DNA of 64,000 nt from Dehalococcoidia bacterium (GTDB taxonomy: Bacteria; Chloroflexota; Dehalococcoidia; Lucifugimonadales; Australimonadaceae). Shown piece by piece: positions 9,569 through 19,015 of the stretch. The notes beneath the pieces were generated by a model, which did not search any database, was not told the origin of the DNA, and worked only from the letters and a program-made list of their open reading frames with translations. Made by a program: the position numbers and the translations under genes. Numbering within the stretch: the stretch's first letter is position 1; each line of letters opens with the position of its first letter. The stretch is from positions 14,020-78,019 of the forward strand of contig CAUZFB010000005.1 of assembly GCA_963579135.1 (NCBI GenBank), given 5' to 3'.

Positions 9569-10474
9569 CTAAATCGCCAGCGCCACCACTCCGCCGACGA
9601 TCAACACCGTCGCAAATGCCTTCAGACCTAGCGTCTCGCGGTCTAACGGCTCGTGCAGCACATCCCACGCCTGCGTACTCAGCGCAACGCTAATCACCAG
9701 CACCAACAGCGGTCGTGACGCGGCGACGACGCTCACCAGCGACACCGAGCCCAGCGAGAAGGCCAGCATCAGTGTGAACACCGCTGCTGGCGCCAGCGCT
9801 CCCTCCGTCAGCAGCATCACCCCAGCCACATGCCGTTCGCGTAGCATCCTCGGCACCCTCGCCAAACGCTCTCGACTCGCCACAGTCACCAACACGAGTA
9901 CGCCCAGCGCCATCGTGCTCACCCCCTGCACCGCCCATACGCTCGCCACGCCCGTCGCCTGGTCCGTCACTACGAACGCTACGCCAAGGACCATCGCCGA
10001 CATCAACAACACACCGAATGCAGGCATGCGAGCTAACCGGAGTACCCCACCCTCACGGCGTAGCGACACCAGCACGGCGCCCGTCACCACCACCAACACA
10101 GCCGTTCCCTGGACCAGCGTCAGCGACTCGCCCAGCAGCGTCACGGCAATCAGCGTCGCGAATACCGGCGCCAGCGACTGCACCGGCGTCGCCCGGGAAA
10201 CCTCCTCCAAACTCAGCCCATAAAAGAACAGCATCAGCCCGCCAACAAACGCTACACCCGTCGCGATCGACCATGTGATGCCCTCCAGGCCACCGAAGCC
10301 GCCGGTCGCCCACGCGACCGCCATGAACGCCGGGCCGATAACGAGTTGCATCAATCCGAACACGAGATAGAAGTCTCTTACGTCGGCGAACAGGTCCGTC
10401 ACCAGCTTTTTATCGAGGACAGAAACCCAAGCGAAAAGCATCGTGCTCAAGAGCACAGCGACCAGCCATGTCAC
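9569..10474 (-). CDS. DMT/EamA family transporter
   Basis: About 10 TM in two repeats; 'LLGESLT', 'LHEPL'. Confidence 0.8.
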   Translation of the reverse strand: MTWLVAVLLSTMLFAWVSVLDKKLVTDLFADVRDFYLVFGLMQLVIGPAFMAVAWATGGFGGLEGITWSIATGVAFVGGLMLFFYGLSLEEVSRATPVQSLAPVFATLIAVTLLGESLTLVQGTAVLVVVTGAVLVSLRREGGVLRLARMPAFGVLLMSAMVLGVAFVVTDQATGVASVWAVQGVSTMALGVLVLVTVASRERLARVPRMLRERHVAGVMLLTEGALAPAAVFTLMLAFSLGSVSLVSVVAASRPLLVLVISVALSTQAWDVLHEPLDRETLGLKAFATVLIVGGVVALAI

Positions 10475-10499
10475 GAAAATTCACCCCCGTGCCACGCAA

Positions 10500-10528
10500 A
10501 TAGAAAGGGGCACCGACCCGGTGCCCCT
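10500..10528 (-). terminator. Intrinsic terminator after amidohydrolase
   Basis: 10-bp stem aggggcaccg / cggtgcccct with a U-rich tail on the minus strand. Confidence 0.6.
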
Positions 10529-10550
10529 CCCCTTCTCATCCTAACTCTGT

Positions 10551-11648
10551 TTACAAGCCGTAGAACGCCCTCGGATTGTCGTGGGTCATTTTGTGAGCCA
10601 CTGACGCAGGAACCTCTTCGCGATCCACGCGCTCCTCCAGCATCAGCCGAAATTCCAGCTCGTGCGACGTGTCCTGGTGCGTGTAGTCCGAACCCATCAG
10701 CAGGTTGTCCTCGCTGATGTAGTTGAGAATCATCGAGATATCCTCGTCCACCTGGCAAGCGACATACGTACGGTTGCTTTTGAATAGGTCATTCGTTACC
10801 TCGAAGCCCAGCTCCCGACCCGCTTCGTTGCTCGACATCGCGTGTCGGTCATGAAGTCTGCGGAGTTGGTAGTCGGCGAAGGGCACCCACGATGCGCCCG
10901 CCTCCACGCAGCCGATACGGAGGTTGGGAAATTGCGCAGGAACGTTGTTCTCAAGAAACGAGTAGATGCCGTTGATGGCAGGGACTTTCGAGCTCAACAG
11001 CCCGCCGCGCACCTCGTTAGTGCCGCCCCCGGTGTGGAAACAGATCGGCATATCGAGTCGCTCTGCTTCCTCGTATAGCGGGAAAAAATAGGGGTCATTG
11101 GGCTCGTGGCCCGCCTCCTGGTCGCCCTTCTTGAAAACGCCACAAGCCCCATGCTCCTTAGCTATCTGCAACTCTTTGATCGACGCGTCGATGTCCACCA
11201 ACGGGGGGATGCAGACCCAGCGTAATCGACCCTTTGAGACGGAACAGCGATCCGCAAGCCATCGGTTGTAGCTACGAGCAACCGCGATCTGTCCTTCGCG
11301 GCTCGACGCCGGGACGTGCAGGAAGAAAGTAGGGTAGATGATCTGTATCTCGGTCCCAAGCTCGTCCATGTGACGCAAGCGGGACTCGACATCGAGCAGC
11401 TCACGTGCGCCTACCTTGGTCCCGCTCTTCGAGTCGTTTCGGACCGGACGACGCGTTCGAACACCTTCAACGACCCACTCCCTCAACTCTGCGCGTGCGG
11501 TAGTCGCATTCGGGTTAGATCGAATCTCCGTCACTGGCTTAAACTGCTGCTCCCCGGGCCCCATGTACTCCCAGGTGGCATCTGTCTCGTCCACATGCGT
11601 ATCTGCGTCAATCAGCCCACTCAGATCCATGTTGAATACTCCTGGCAT
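10551..11648 (-). CDS. Amidohydrolase family protein (Amidohydro_2-like)
   Basis: IDADTHV, YNRWLAD, PICFHTG, EAGASW, GSDYTH, NPRAFYGL. Confidence 0.85.
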   Translation of the reverse strand: MPGVFNMDLSGLIDADTHVDETDATWEYMGPGEQQFKPVTEIRSNPNATTARAELREWVVEGVRTRRPVRNDSKSGTKVGARELLDVESRLRHMDELGTEIQIIYPTFFLHVPASSREGQIAVARSYNRWLADRCSVSKGRLRWVCIPPLVDIDASIKELQIAKEHGACGVFKKGDQEAGHEPNDPYFFPLYEEAERLDMPICFHTGGGTNEVRGGLLSSKVPAINGIYSFLENNVPAQFPNLRIGCVEAGASWVPFADYQLRRLHDRHAMSSNEAGRELGFEVTNDLFKSNRTYVACQVDEDISMILNYISEDNLLMGSDYTHQDTSHELEFRLMLEERVDREEVPASVAHKMTHDNPRAFYGL

Positions 11649-11869
11649 ATTCGATAGCGGGCAGCCGCCCTCGTGCGCCGATGCTATTCCGCCGTGGCAT
11701 TAGGCGCAAGGTAGCGGCTTGGCTCTAGGCGAACGGCACCGCCACGGGGCAGCGCCCAGATGCTGAGCTCCGCCTCATGGCGCATCGTATTGATCGGCCA
11801 CAACCTTCACTTGAGCGAACCGACGCAGAAAATCAGCCTCGCCCGACGCGTGCGCTTCGCCAGCTACCA

Positions 11870-13624
11870 CTAACTCCTAGCAGCCGCCTCTCGCAGCATC
11901 CTCTCAGCGATATCCCCCGTCGACACAATCCCCAGGTCCCCCCCTGACCGCAGGCGGACGGCAGCTCCATTGGCCTCCGCCTCCTTGTCGCCCACGACCA
12001 GCATGTACGGAACCTTTTGCATCTGCGCGTCGCGAATCTTGGCACCCATGCGCTCGTTGCGGGCGTCGACGTGGACGCGCAGGCCAGCAGCAGCCAGCTC
12101 GTCGCGGATCTGCTCCGCGTACTCGATGTGGCGATCGGCAATGGGGATCACCTCGGCCTGGATAGGGGCGAGCCAGAGGGGGAACGCACCGCCGTAGTGC
12201 TCCACCAGCACGCCGAAAAAGCGCTCCAACGAGCCGAACAGCGCCCGGTGCACCATGTAGGGCCGGTGCTCAGCGCCGTCCTGACCCACGAAGGTGAGGT
12301 CGAACCGCTCTGGCAGGTTGAAGTCAAACTGCACTGTCGTGCACTGCCACGACCGGCCGATAGCATCCTTCACCTTGATGTCTAGCTTCGGGCCGTAGAA
12401 CGCACCGCCACCGTCGTCGACCTCATAGTCGACGTTCATCCGATCCAGCGCGCGGCGTAACGACTCCGTCGCGTGGTCCCAGTCCTCGTCGCGTCCCACC
12501 GCCTTCTCGGGCTTGGTGCTCAGGAATACGTCGTAGTCCGTGAACCCGAACGTGCCCAGCAGGTCGAACGCGAAGTCCAGCACGCCCACGACCTCGTCCT
12601 CAACCTGGTCAGGCCGGCAAAAGATGTGCGCGTCATCCTGCGTGAAGCCCCGGACGCGGAGCAACCCCTGAAGCACGCCACTGCGCTCGTAGCGGTACAC
12701 CGTCCCCAGTTCCGTCAGCCGCATAGGCAACTCGCGGTACGAACGCTTCGATGACGTGAAGACCTGGATGTGGAATGGGCAGTTCATCGGCTTGGCGAAG
12801 TACTCGTTCCCATCCACATCCATCGAGTCATACATGTTCTCGCGGTAGAAACCCAAGTGACCGGACGTCTCCCACAGCGTCGACTTTCCAATGTGTGGCG
12901 AGTACACGAAGTCGTACCCACGTTTATCGTGCTGCTCGCGCCACTCCTGCTCCATGAGCGACCTGATCCGGCCGCCCTTGGGGTGCCAGATCACCAGCCC
13001 GGGCCCCACCTGTTCTGAGGTCGAAAACAAGTCAAGCTCCCGGCCCAGCTTCCGGTGATCGCGCAGCGCCGCCTGCTCCAAACGCTCCAAATGAGCGTCC
13101 AGCGACTCCTGCGACTCCCACGCCGTGCCGTAGATGCGCTGGAGCATCTCGTTGCGCTCGTCCCCACGCCAGTACGCACCGGCGACGTTCATCAACTTGA
13201 TCGCCTTGACATCGCCGGTCGACGGCACGTGCGGTCCACGGCACAGGTCCACGAAATCACGATGCCCATACGTGGTCAACATCTCGCCCTCGGGGATGCC
13301 ATCGATGATCTCCAGCTTGAACGGCTGCCCTGCGAATCGCGCCTTCGCGTCGTCCCGCGAGAACTCCGTTTGCACGAACGGCGCATCCGCCGCGATGGAC
13401 TCCTGCATCCGCGCCTCGATCTGCTCAAGGTCCTCCGGCGTGAACGGACGCTCCACGTGGAAGTCGTAGTAGAAGCCGTCCTCGATCGCAGGCCCCACCG
13501 CGAACTGCGCACCCGGGAACATGCTGAGGACTGCCTCCGCCATCACATGCGCCGCCGAATGCCTGATCCGGAACCGTAAATCGTCCAGATCCCGCTCAGC
13601 CTGCGATTGTTCTTTTACTGGCAT
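11870..13624 (-). CDS. thrS: Threonine--tRNA ligase (no N-terminal TGS domain)
   Basis: HSAAH, DLCRGPH, RDHRKLG, KPMNCPFH, RVRGFTQDDAH, AFYGPK, HRA..GS.ERF. Confidence 0.98.
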   Translation of the reverse strand: MPVKEQSQAERDLDDLRFRIRHSAAHVMAEAVLSMFPGAQFAVGPAIEDGFYYDFHVERPFTPEDLEQIEARMQESIAADAPFVQTEFSRDDAKARFAGQPFKLEIIDGIPEGEMLTTYGHRDFVDLCRGPHVPSTGDVKAIKLMNVAGAYWRGDERNEMLQRIYGTAWESQESLDAHLERLEQAALRDHRKLGRELDLFSTSEQVGPGLVIWHPKGGRIRSLMEQEWREQHDKRGYDFVYSPHIGKSTLWETSGHLGFYRENMYDSMDVDGNEYFAKPMNCPFHIQVFTSSKRSYRELPMRLTELGTVYRYERSGVLQGLLRVRGFTQDDAHIFCRPDQVEDEVVGVLDFAFDLLGTFGFTDYDVFLSTKPEKAVGRDEDWDHATESLRRALDRMNVDYEVDDGGGAFYGPKLDIKVKDAIGRSWQCTTVQFDFNLPERFDLTFVGQDGAEHRPYMVHRALFGSLERFFGVLVEHYGGAFPLWLAPIQAEVIPIADRHIEYAEQIRDELAAAGLRVHVDARNERMGAKIRDAQMQKVPYMLVVGDKEAEANGAAVRLRSGGDLGIVSTGDIAERMLREAAARS

Positions 13625-13684
13625 ATCTTCTTCCCTTGGTTCAGCGACTCAGGCACTCGCCCGTCGCCGTTAGTTTACGAACAG

Positions 13685-13709
13685 AAAAAGGGGCGCACCA
13701 GGCGCCCCT
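13685..13709 (-). terminator. Attenuator terminator in thrS leader
   Basis: Minus strand AGGGGCGC-cuggu-GCGCCCCU-UUUU, about 60 nt upstream of the thrS start. Confidence 0.85.
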
Positions 13710-13736
13710 CAGGTCTATCTCAGCGAAACGCGCGCC

Positions 13737-13811
13737 TTATTCAGTCGTGGCCCTCGTAGTGGCCCCTGTCGTCAAGAACGTGATCCTAGTCGTCCACAAA
13801 ACGCGCATCAC
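13737..13811 (-). CDS. Thr-rich leader peptide (V/M)MRVLWTTRITFLTTGATTRATTE
   Basis: Hand translation: 9 Thr in 23 codons from ATG 13808 (in-frame GTG at 13811), stop TAA at 13737-13739, directly before the terminator and thrS. Confidence 0.8.
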   Translation of the reverse strand: MMRVLWTTRITFLTTGATTRATTE

Positions 13812-13817
13812 TCCCAG

Positions 13818-13845
13818 ATTCTACCAGCGATCCCTCCCCGTTCAA
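13818..13845 (-). promoter_or_regulatory. Sigma70-type promoter of the thrS leader
   Basis: Minus strand TTGAAC, 16-nt spacer ending in TG-g, then TAGAAT; the GTG of the leader ORF lies 6 nt downstream. Confidence 0.65.
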
Positions 13846-14326
13846 CGCCCCACAACCGAGGCGCGACGCTCCGCGAAGCCATCCTCCCCCGACAGCCTTG
13901 CTTATAACAAATGTCCATAATGCAATCGTCGCACCCGGCGTTACGCTGTTCCCGGACAACCCCTATTCCCTAATTCCCTGAGCGTAGCGCAGCGCAAGCG
14001 GAGTCCAAGAGCCGGCCCTGAGTCACACGAAGGGCCCCCTCACCGTCCCCATTTCAGGAGCTAATGAGGCCACTTTTGACCCATTTGAGGCCACCGCCAG
14101 GAAAGGCTCGAGGCTGCCTGTAAGTCAACAGTCCACGTCCCAGAAGCAAAACGAGGCGAGCAAGCCGCCTCTATCCAACCCACCCACAGCCAGCGACTGA
14201 TCAAAAGTAATCAACGGAGAATCAAAACGGATCCCCCTGTTTCCTGAGCGCAGCAGCGGCGGGCAGCGCTCGTGGGGAAGCACAATCCCGACTTCGTCAC
14301 CCTCCTCGACGAGGGGGGAGTAGAAT

Positions 14327-15460
14327 ATGGTCATGAAAGCCGTATACAACGAAGCAGCCAACCTAGCCCGCCAGAACCGCGAGTTCGTCCTCGCCACCGT
14401 CGTCAACACCAAGGGCTCCACACCCCAGAAACCCGGCGCGGCCCTACTCGTGCGCTCCGACGGCTCCACCGTGGGAACCCTCGGCGGTGGCTGCGTCGAA
14501 GGCGACATTTGGTTCGCCGCTAAAGAAGCGCTACGGGAACACACCGGCCCCATCTTCAAGAACTACTACCTCAACGAAGACATCGCTGCGCGCGATGGCC
14601 TCGTCTGCGGCGGCTCGATGTTCTTTTACATCGAGCCCTTCGAGCACTCGACCGACGTCAGCCCGCTCTCGGATGAGATTGAGCAAGCCTTCGAAGGCGG
14701 CGACTCCCTCGCAATGGCCACGGTCGTCAACCCGACCACTCTCAAGACTGGCGCGCGCATCGTCGTCCACGAAGACGGCACCACCGTCGGCTCGCTGGGC
14801 ACCGCCGAAGCCGACGCTGTTGCCATCGCGACAGCCAACGCCGTCATGCCCATGGGCAAGGCCGAGCACGTCCGCACCGCAGAGGGCGACGAGATCTTCG
14901 TCGCAGGCTTCACCTCGCCGGCAACGCTTGTCCTAGTCGGAGGAGGCCACGTGAACCTCCAGGTCGCCAAGGTCGCGCAAATGCTTGGCTTCCGCGTCTT
15001 CGTCACCGACGACCGCCCCGAATTCGCCAACCGCGAGCGCTTCCCCATGGCGGAGGAAACCGGCGTCGCGCCCTACGACAAGGGCCTTGACGCCTTCCAT
15101 ATCACCAAGAACACCGCCATCGTCATTGGCTCTAGGGGCCACCACTACGACGACCTTGCTACCGAGGCCGCCGTCCGCACGCCCGCCACCTACGTTGGCC
15201 TTCTTGGTAGCAAGCGCAAGACCGTGATGATCTACGAAGCGCTCCTCAAGCGCGGCATCAGCCCCGAGCGCCTCAAGCAGGTCCACTCGCCCATCGGCCT
15301 CGACCTAGGTGGCCGCACCCCTGAGGAGATCGCCGTCAGCATCATGGCCGAGATCATCGCCTTCCGCCACAACCGCCCCGGTGGATCCATGAAGATCGAA
15401 GAGGCCCAGGTCAACCGTCTCCTCACCAAGCTTGGCAAAGCCAAGCAAGCCAAGGCCTAG
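14327..15460 (+). CDS. XdhC/CoxI family molybdenum-cofactor chaperone (two CoxI-type N domains)
   Basis: ATVV.TKGSTP, GTLGGGCVE, LVCGG, GGGHV, DDRPEFA, YVGLLGSKRK, PIGLDLGGRTPEEIAVSI. Confidence 0.9.
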   Translation: MVMKAVYNEAANLARQNREFVLATVVNTKGSTPQKPGAALLVRSDGSTVGTLGGGCVEGDIWFAAKEALREHTGPIFKNYYLNEDIAARDGLVCGGSMFFYIEPFEHSTDVSPLSDEIEQAFEGGDSLAMATVVNPTTLKTGARIVVHEDGTTVGSLGTAEADAVAIATANAVMPMGKAEHVRTAEGDEIFVAGFTSPATLVLVGGGHVNLQVAKVAQMLGFRVFVTDDRPEFANRERFPMAEETGVAPYDKGLDAFHITKNTAIVIGSRGHHYDDLATEAAVRTPATYVGLLGSKRKTVMIYEALLKRGISPERLKQVHSPIGLDLGGRTPEEIAVSIMAEIIAFRHNRPGGSMKIEEAQVNRLLTKLGKAKQAKA

Positions 15461-15581
15461 CCCCTTGGGCTGACTCGCCTCGTTCGGACACCACGCCCGA
15501 ATGCTCGCACCCGCAATCGGCTATCCTTCCCCCGCCACCGACAACGGTCGCCCATCAATGAGCCCGGGGGAGGGGAGACAA

Positions 15582-16379
15582 ATGAACTTTGACCTGACAG
15601 ACCGCGTAGCCATCGTCACAGGCGCATCACAAGGCCTCGGTAAAACCAGCGCGATGGAGCTCGCCAAAGCGGGCGCCAACATCGTAGCCGTCGCACGCGA
15701 ACCCGAGGACGTCACGTTCGGCCGCAGCCGTCCCCATGCCCCTGTCCAGGAAGTCGTCGGCGACATTAAAGCCCTCGGCCGCCAGGCAATCGGCATCACG
15801 GCCGATGTCCGCGACAACGCCCAGGTCGAAAGCATGGTGCAAGAGGTGCTAGCCGAATTCGGCCGCGTCGACGTTCTGGTCAACGTGGTCGGAGGCAGCT
15901 GGGGTGAGACCTTCAAGGCAGGCCCCATCATGGAACTTACCGCCCACGACCTCATCGAGGCCTACCGCGTCAACGTTGTCACCATGTTCCAGTGCAGCAC
16001 CGCCGTGGTCCCCATCATGAAGCGCCAGGGCAAAGGCGTGATCATCAACATCGCATCCGTCGCTGGACAATCACCCAGCATCGACTCCCCCGCCTACGGT
16101 GCCGCCAAGGCGGGCGTCATCAACATGACCATGAGCATGGCAGCGGCATGGGGCCCCGAGGTGCGTGTCAACGCCATCGCCGTTGGTGGGATCGAAACTC
16201 CCCATCGGCCACGGTGGAACGAGAACTCTACTGCCGCCTACGGCCCCGGCAGCTCTTCAGCTCTGGGCCGGCTCGGCAAGCAGGAGGAGCACGCGGGCAC
16301 GGTCGTCTGGCTAGCGTCCGACTACGCCGGCTACATCACCGGTACCACCATCGAGGCAAACGGAGGCGCACGACGATGA
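15582..16379 (+). CDS. Short-chain dehydrogenase/reductase
   Basis: TGASQGLG, YGAAK, VNAIA.G; start trimmed to the ATG after the RBS. Confidence 0.9.
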   Translation: MNFDLTDRVAIVTGASQGLGKTSAMELAKAGANIVAVAREPEDVTFGRSRPHAPVQEVVGDIKALGRQAIGITADVRDNAQVESMVQEVLAEFGRVDVLVNVVGGSWGETFKAGPIMELTAHDLIEAYRVNVVTMFQCSTAVVPIMKRQGKGVIINIASVAGQSPSIDSPAYGAAKAGVINMTMSMAAAWGPEVRVNAIAVGGIETPHRPRWNENSTAAYGPGSSSALGRLGKQEEHAGTVVWLASDYAGYITGTTIEANGGARR

Positions 16380-16924
16380 CACGACTACCCGAAGCCCAAC
16401 GCGAGGATTTCCCAGAAGATCTCCAGTCCGCCTTCGACGCCGTCCACGCCAATGGCAAGCCGATCGGACCTGGCTCAATCACTATCCACAGCCCTGAGCT
16501 CGCCCGCTTGAGGCTCCCGGTTAGCAGCTACGTCCGCTGGAACATGGACGTAGACCCCCAGTACACTGAGCTCGCCATCCTCATCGCCGCGCGCGCCCTC
16601 GACTGCGCCTACGTCTGGAACGCCCACGTCGTTGTCGCTGCCGAAGCTGGCGTCAGCCAGGCGCTCATCGATGCCCTGCGGGACGACCAGGCGCTGCCCG
16701 CTGAACCTGTTGCGCAAGCTGCGCTTACCAACTTCGGCCTGGAGCTCATCCGGGCCCACAAGGTCGGCGACGGAACCTATAAAGCAGCCCACGATGTCTT
16801 CGGCACCAAAGCTCTCGTTGAGCTGACGGCTCTCATGGGTCACTACGCCCAGAATGCCATGCTCGTCGCTGCCTTCGACGTCACACTCCCGGGCAAGCTC
16901 AACGCGCCGGTGCTCCCCGTCTGA
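16376..16924 (+). CDS. Carboxymuconolactone decarboxylase (AhpD/CMD-like) family protein
   Basis: HSPELA, ELAIL..AR, YVWNAH, VELTALMGHY; ATGA overlap with the SDR. Confidence 0.75.
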   Translation: MTRLPEAQREDFPEDLQSAFDAVHANGKPIGPGSITIHSPELARLRLPVSSYVRWNMDVDPQYTELAILIAARALDCAYVWNAHVVVAAEAGVSQALIDALRDDQALPAEPVAQAALTNFGLELIRAHKVGDGTYKAAHDVFGTKALVELTALMGHYAQNAMLVAAFDVTLPGKLNAPVLPV

Positions 16925-16926
16925 AC

Positions 16927-17559
16927 ATGGCCAGCGACGCACCTCATCAGTTCCGCGTCGCCGCAGTCCTCCTGGCAGGCGGCGAGTCCTCTCGCATGGG
17001 TGAGAGCAAGGCCCTGATGCCCTGGACCACCGGCGAACCCCTGATTGCCTACCACATCCGCGCATTACAGCAGGCTGGTTACTCGCCCATCGTCGTGGTG
17101 CTCGGCCATGCTCCCGAGGAGATCAGCCGCGCCATCCCCGCCGACGCCGAAGTCACGATCGTCGTCAACGAGCACTACCAGAACGGTCGCTCCTCCTCCA
17201 TCGTCGGCGGCGTCCTCCAGGTCGCCGCGTCAGACAGCGATGCGTTCGTCGTTGCCAGCGTAGATCAGCCCCGTTCGGTCGAGATGCTGCGCACGCTCCG
17301 CGAGGCCTGGGAGCGCGAGCAGCCGTCCATCGCAATGCCCTCCTATCAGCACCACAGTGGCCATCCGCCGCTGTTCGCCAGTGGTCTCATCGCGGAAGTC
17401 TTACGGGTCACGGAAGAGGAGCAGGGCTTGCGGCAAGTCATCCGTCACTTCGCCGACAACCGTCTGTTCGTGAATGTCGACGACCCTCTCACTCTGACGA
17501 ACCTAAACACGCGAGAAGACTACGAAACGGCACTCCGGATCGCCAAAGGCCAAGCATGA
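16927..17559 (+). CDS. MocA/MobA-like nucleotidyltransferase (probably Moco cytidylyltransferase)
   Basis: LLAGGESSRMGESKAL, VDQP, GHPPLF, NLNTREDY; clustered with XdhC. Confidence 0.8.
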   Translation: MASDAPHQFRVAAVLLAGGESSRMGESKALMPWTTGEPLIAYHIRALQQAGYSPIVVVLGHAPEEISRAIPADAEVTIVVNEHYQNGRSSSIVGGVLQVAASDSDAFVVASVDQPRSVEMLRTLREAWEREQPSIAMPSYQHHSGHPPLFASGLIAEVLRVTEEEQGLRQVIRHFADNRLFVNVDDPLTLTNLNTREDYETALRIAKGQA

Positions 17560-18077
17560 AGATCCCCGCAGGCCCCTACCTCATCCGCTCATGGAAGCCA
17601 GGCGACGAAGCGACGCTTGCCAGCAACATCAACAACCCGAACATCACCCGCACCCTGGCCGCACGCCAACCTCGCACGTACACCAAGGAGCACGCCAAGG
17701 CCTGGATCGACCTGTGCGCTTTGGAAGCCGACCCCGTCAATTTTGCCATTGCGGACGGCGATCAGGTCATGGGGAGCATCGGTCTCACTCTCCAGCGAGG
17801 CGCACGTCGACGATCTGCGGAGGTCGGCTTCTGGATCGCGGAGGACCACTGGGGCCGAGGCATCGCCACGCGAGTCTTACAAGCGTTCAGCGAATATGCG
17901 TTCGCCCAATTCGACCTGCTCCGGCTCCACGCCTACGTCTTCGATGGCAATGCCTCTTCGATCCGAGTACTGGAGAAGGCCGGCTACACCTACGAAGGCA
18001 CGCTCGTCGCGAGCATCACCAAAGACGATCGGATCATCGACGAACTCGTGTACGCCTTGGTCCGCCACGAAGCCTAG
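17556..18077 (+). CDS. GNAT acetyltransferase, RimJ/RimL family
   Basis: AEVGFWI...WGRGIAT, N.SSIRVLEKAGY..EG. Confidence 0.88.
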   Translation: MKIPAGPYLIRSWKPGDEATLASNINNPNITRTLAARQPRTYTKEHAKAWIDLCALEADPVNFAIADGDQVMGSIGLTLQRGARRRSAEVGFWIAEDHWGRGIATRVLQAFSEYAFAQFDLLRLHAYVFDGNASSIRVLEKAGYTYEGTLVASITKDDRIIDELVYALVRHEA

Positions 18078-19015
18078 GAGCCGAATACCGCGAGGATCAC
18101 CGCGCCGGTCACCGACAGCAGAATGCCTGCCACCACTCGCCGGTTGATAACCTCTAGGTGTCGATTCAGCGTCCAGGAAAAGATGAGAGTGAATACGGCC
18201 CCCGTGCGCATCAATGGAGTGACCACCGCGACGGGAGCAACCGCCAAAGCCATGAACCTGAACATCTGCGCCAGGAACACGAACGTTCCGGCGCTCAAGA
18301 ATAAACGTACCGTCGACGGGTGCATAGCCGAGATCAGCCCACGCCGCGCCGGGTGAACCAACGTGGCGACAAGGACAGCAGCAGCAGCCGAGTAGGCGAT
18401 CAGTCCGCCGAAGATGGCAACGCCATCGACGTTCCCCACGGCCGCCCTGATCAGGATGGGGCTCGTCCCGTACGCGCCAATCGTGGCGAATGCTGACAGA
18501 TAGCCTTCCACCTGCCGAAGCTGGAAGGCCGGAGCCTGCTCAGTAGCGGGGCCTCCACTTGGCGGGGGCGGAGTCCTGCCGGGAGACTTCGAAACCCGCT
18601 GGACCATGATCGTGGGCCCCACGATGATCAGCAGGATGCCGAACCCCATGATGGCCGATATAGTCTCGCCCAAGAATACGAATGCGATCAAGATCGCATA
18701 GGGCACTGTCAGCGCCTGCACTGACCCCGCTCGGGTAGCGCCGATGGCTGCGGCGGCCCGGTAGTTGAAGTAGCGACCTACGCCGAAATGCAGCAGCCCG
18801 GCGGCCGACAGCAGCAGGTAACCGCGTAGCGGGATATCGCCCGCATTGAACAGTTGACCACTGACCAGCGATGCGCCCAAGAACAGCGGAACGCCCAGTA
18901 GCACTGTCACGAAAGCGCCTGCGGAAGCTGTCGCGCGAGCCAGGCCACGGCGCGCCATCACCGAATTCAAGCTAAAGCTGATCGAGGAGATGATCGCAAG
19001 GGCGACGCCCAACAT
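18074..19015 (-). CDS. DMT/EamA family transporter
   Basis: About 10 TM in two repeats; FLGETIS, APVAVVTPL. Confidence 0.8.
   Translation of the reverse strand: MLGVALAIISSISFSLNSVMARRGLARATASAGAFVTVLLGVPLFLGASLVSGQLFNAGDIPLRGYLLLSAAGLLHFGVGRYFNYRAAAAIGATRAGSVQALTVPYAILIAFVFLGETISAIMGFGILLIIVGPTIMVQRVSKSPGRTPPPPSGGPATEQAPAFQLRQVEGYLSAFATIGAYGTSPILIRAAVGNVDGVAIFGGLIAYSAAAAVLVATLVHPARRGLISAMHPSTVRLFLSAGTFVFLAQMFRFMALAVAPVAVVTPLMRTGAVFTLIFSWTLNRHLEVINRRVVAGILLSVTGAVILAVFGS

Noticed and set aside
13625-13920. T-box riboswitch upstream of thrS
   Set aside because: No GGTGGNACCGCG-like T-box sequence seen, and the leader is short; the leader-peptide model fits better.
14100-14326. Moco RNA motif upstream of xdhC
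   Set aside because: No recognisable conserved motif elements by eye.
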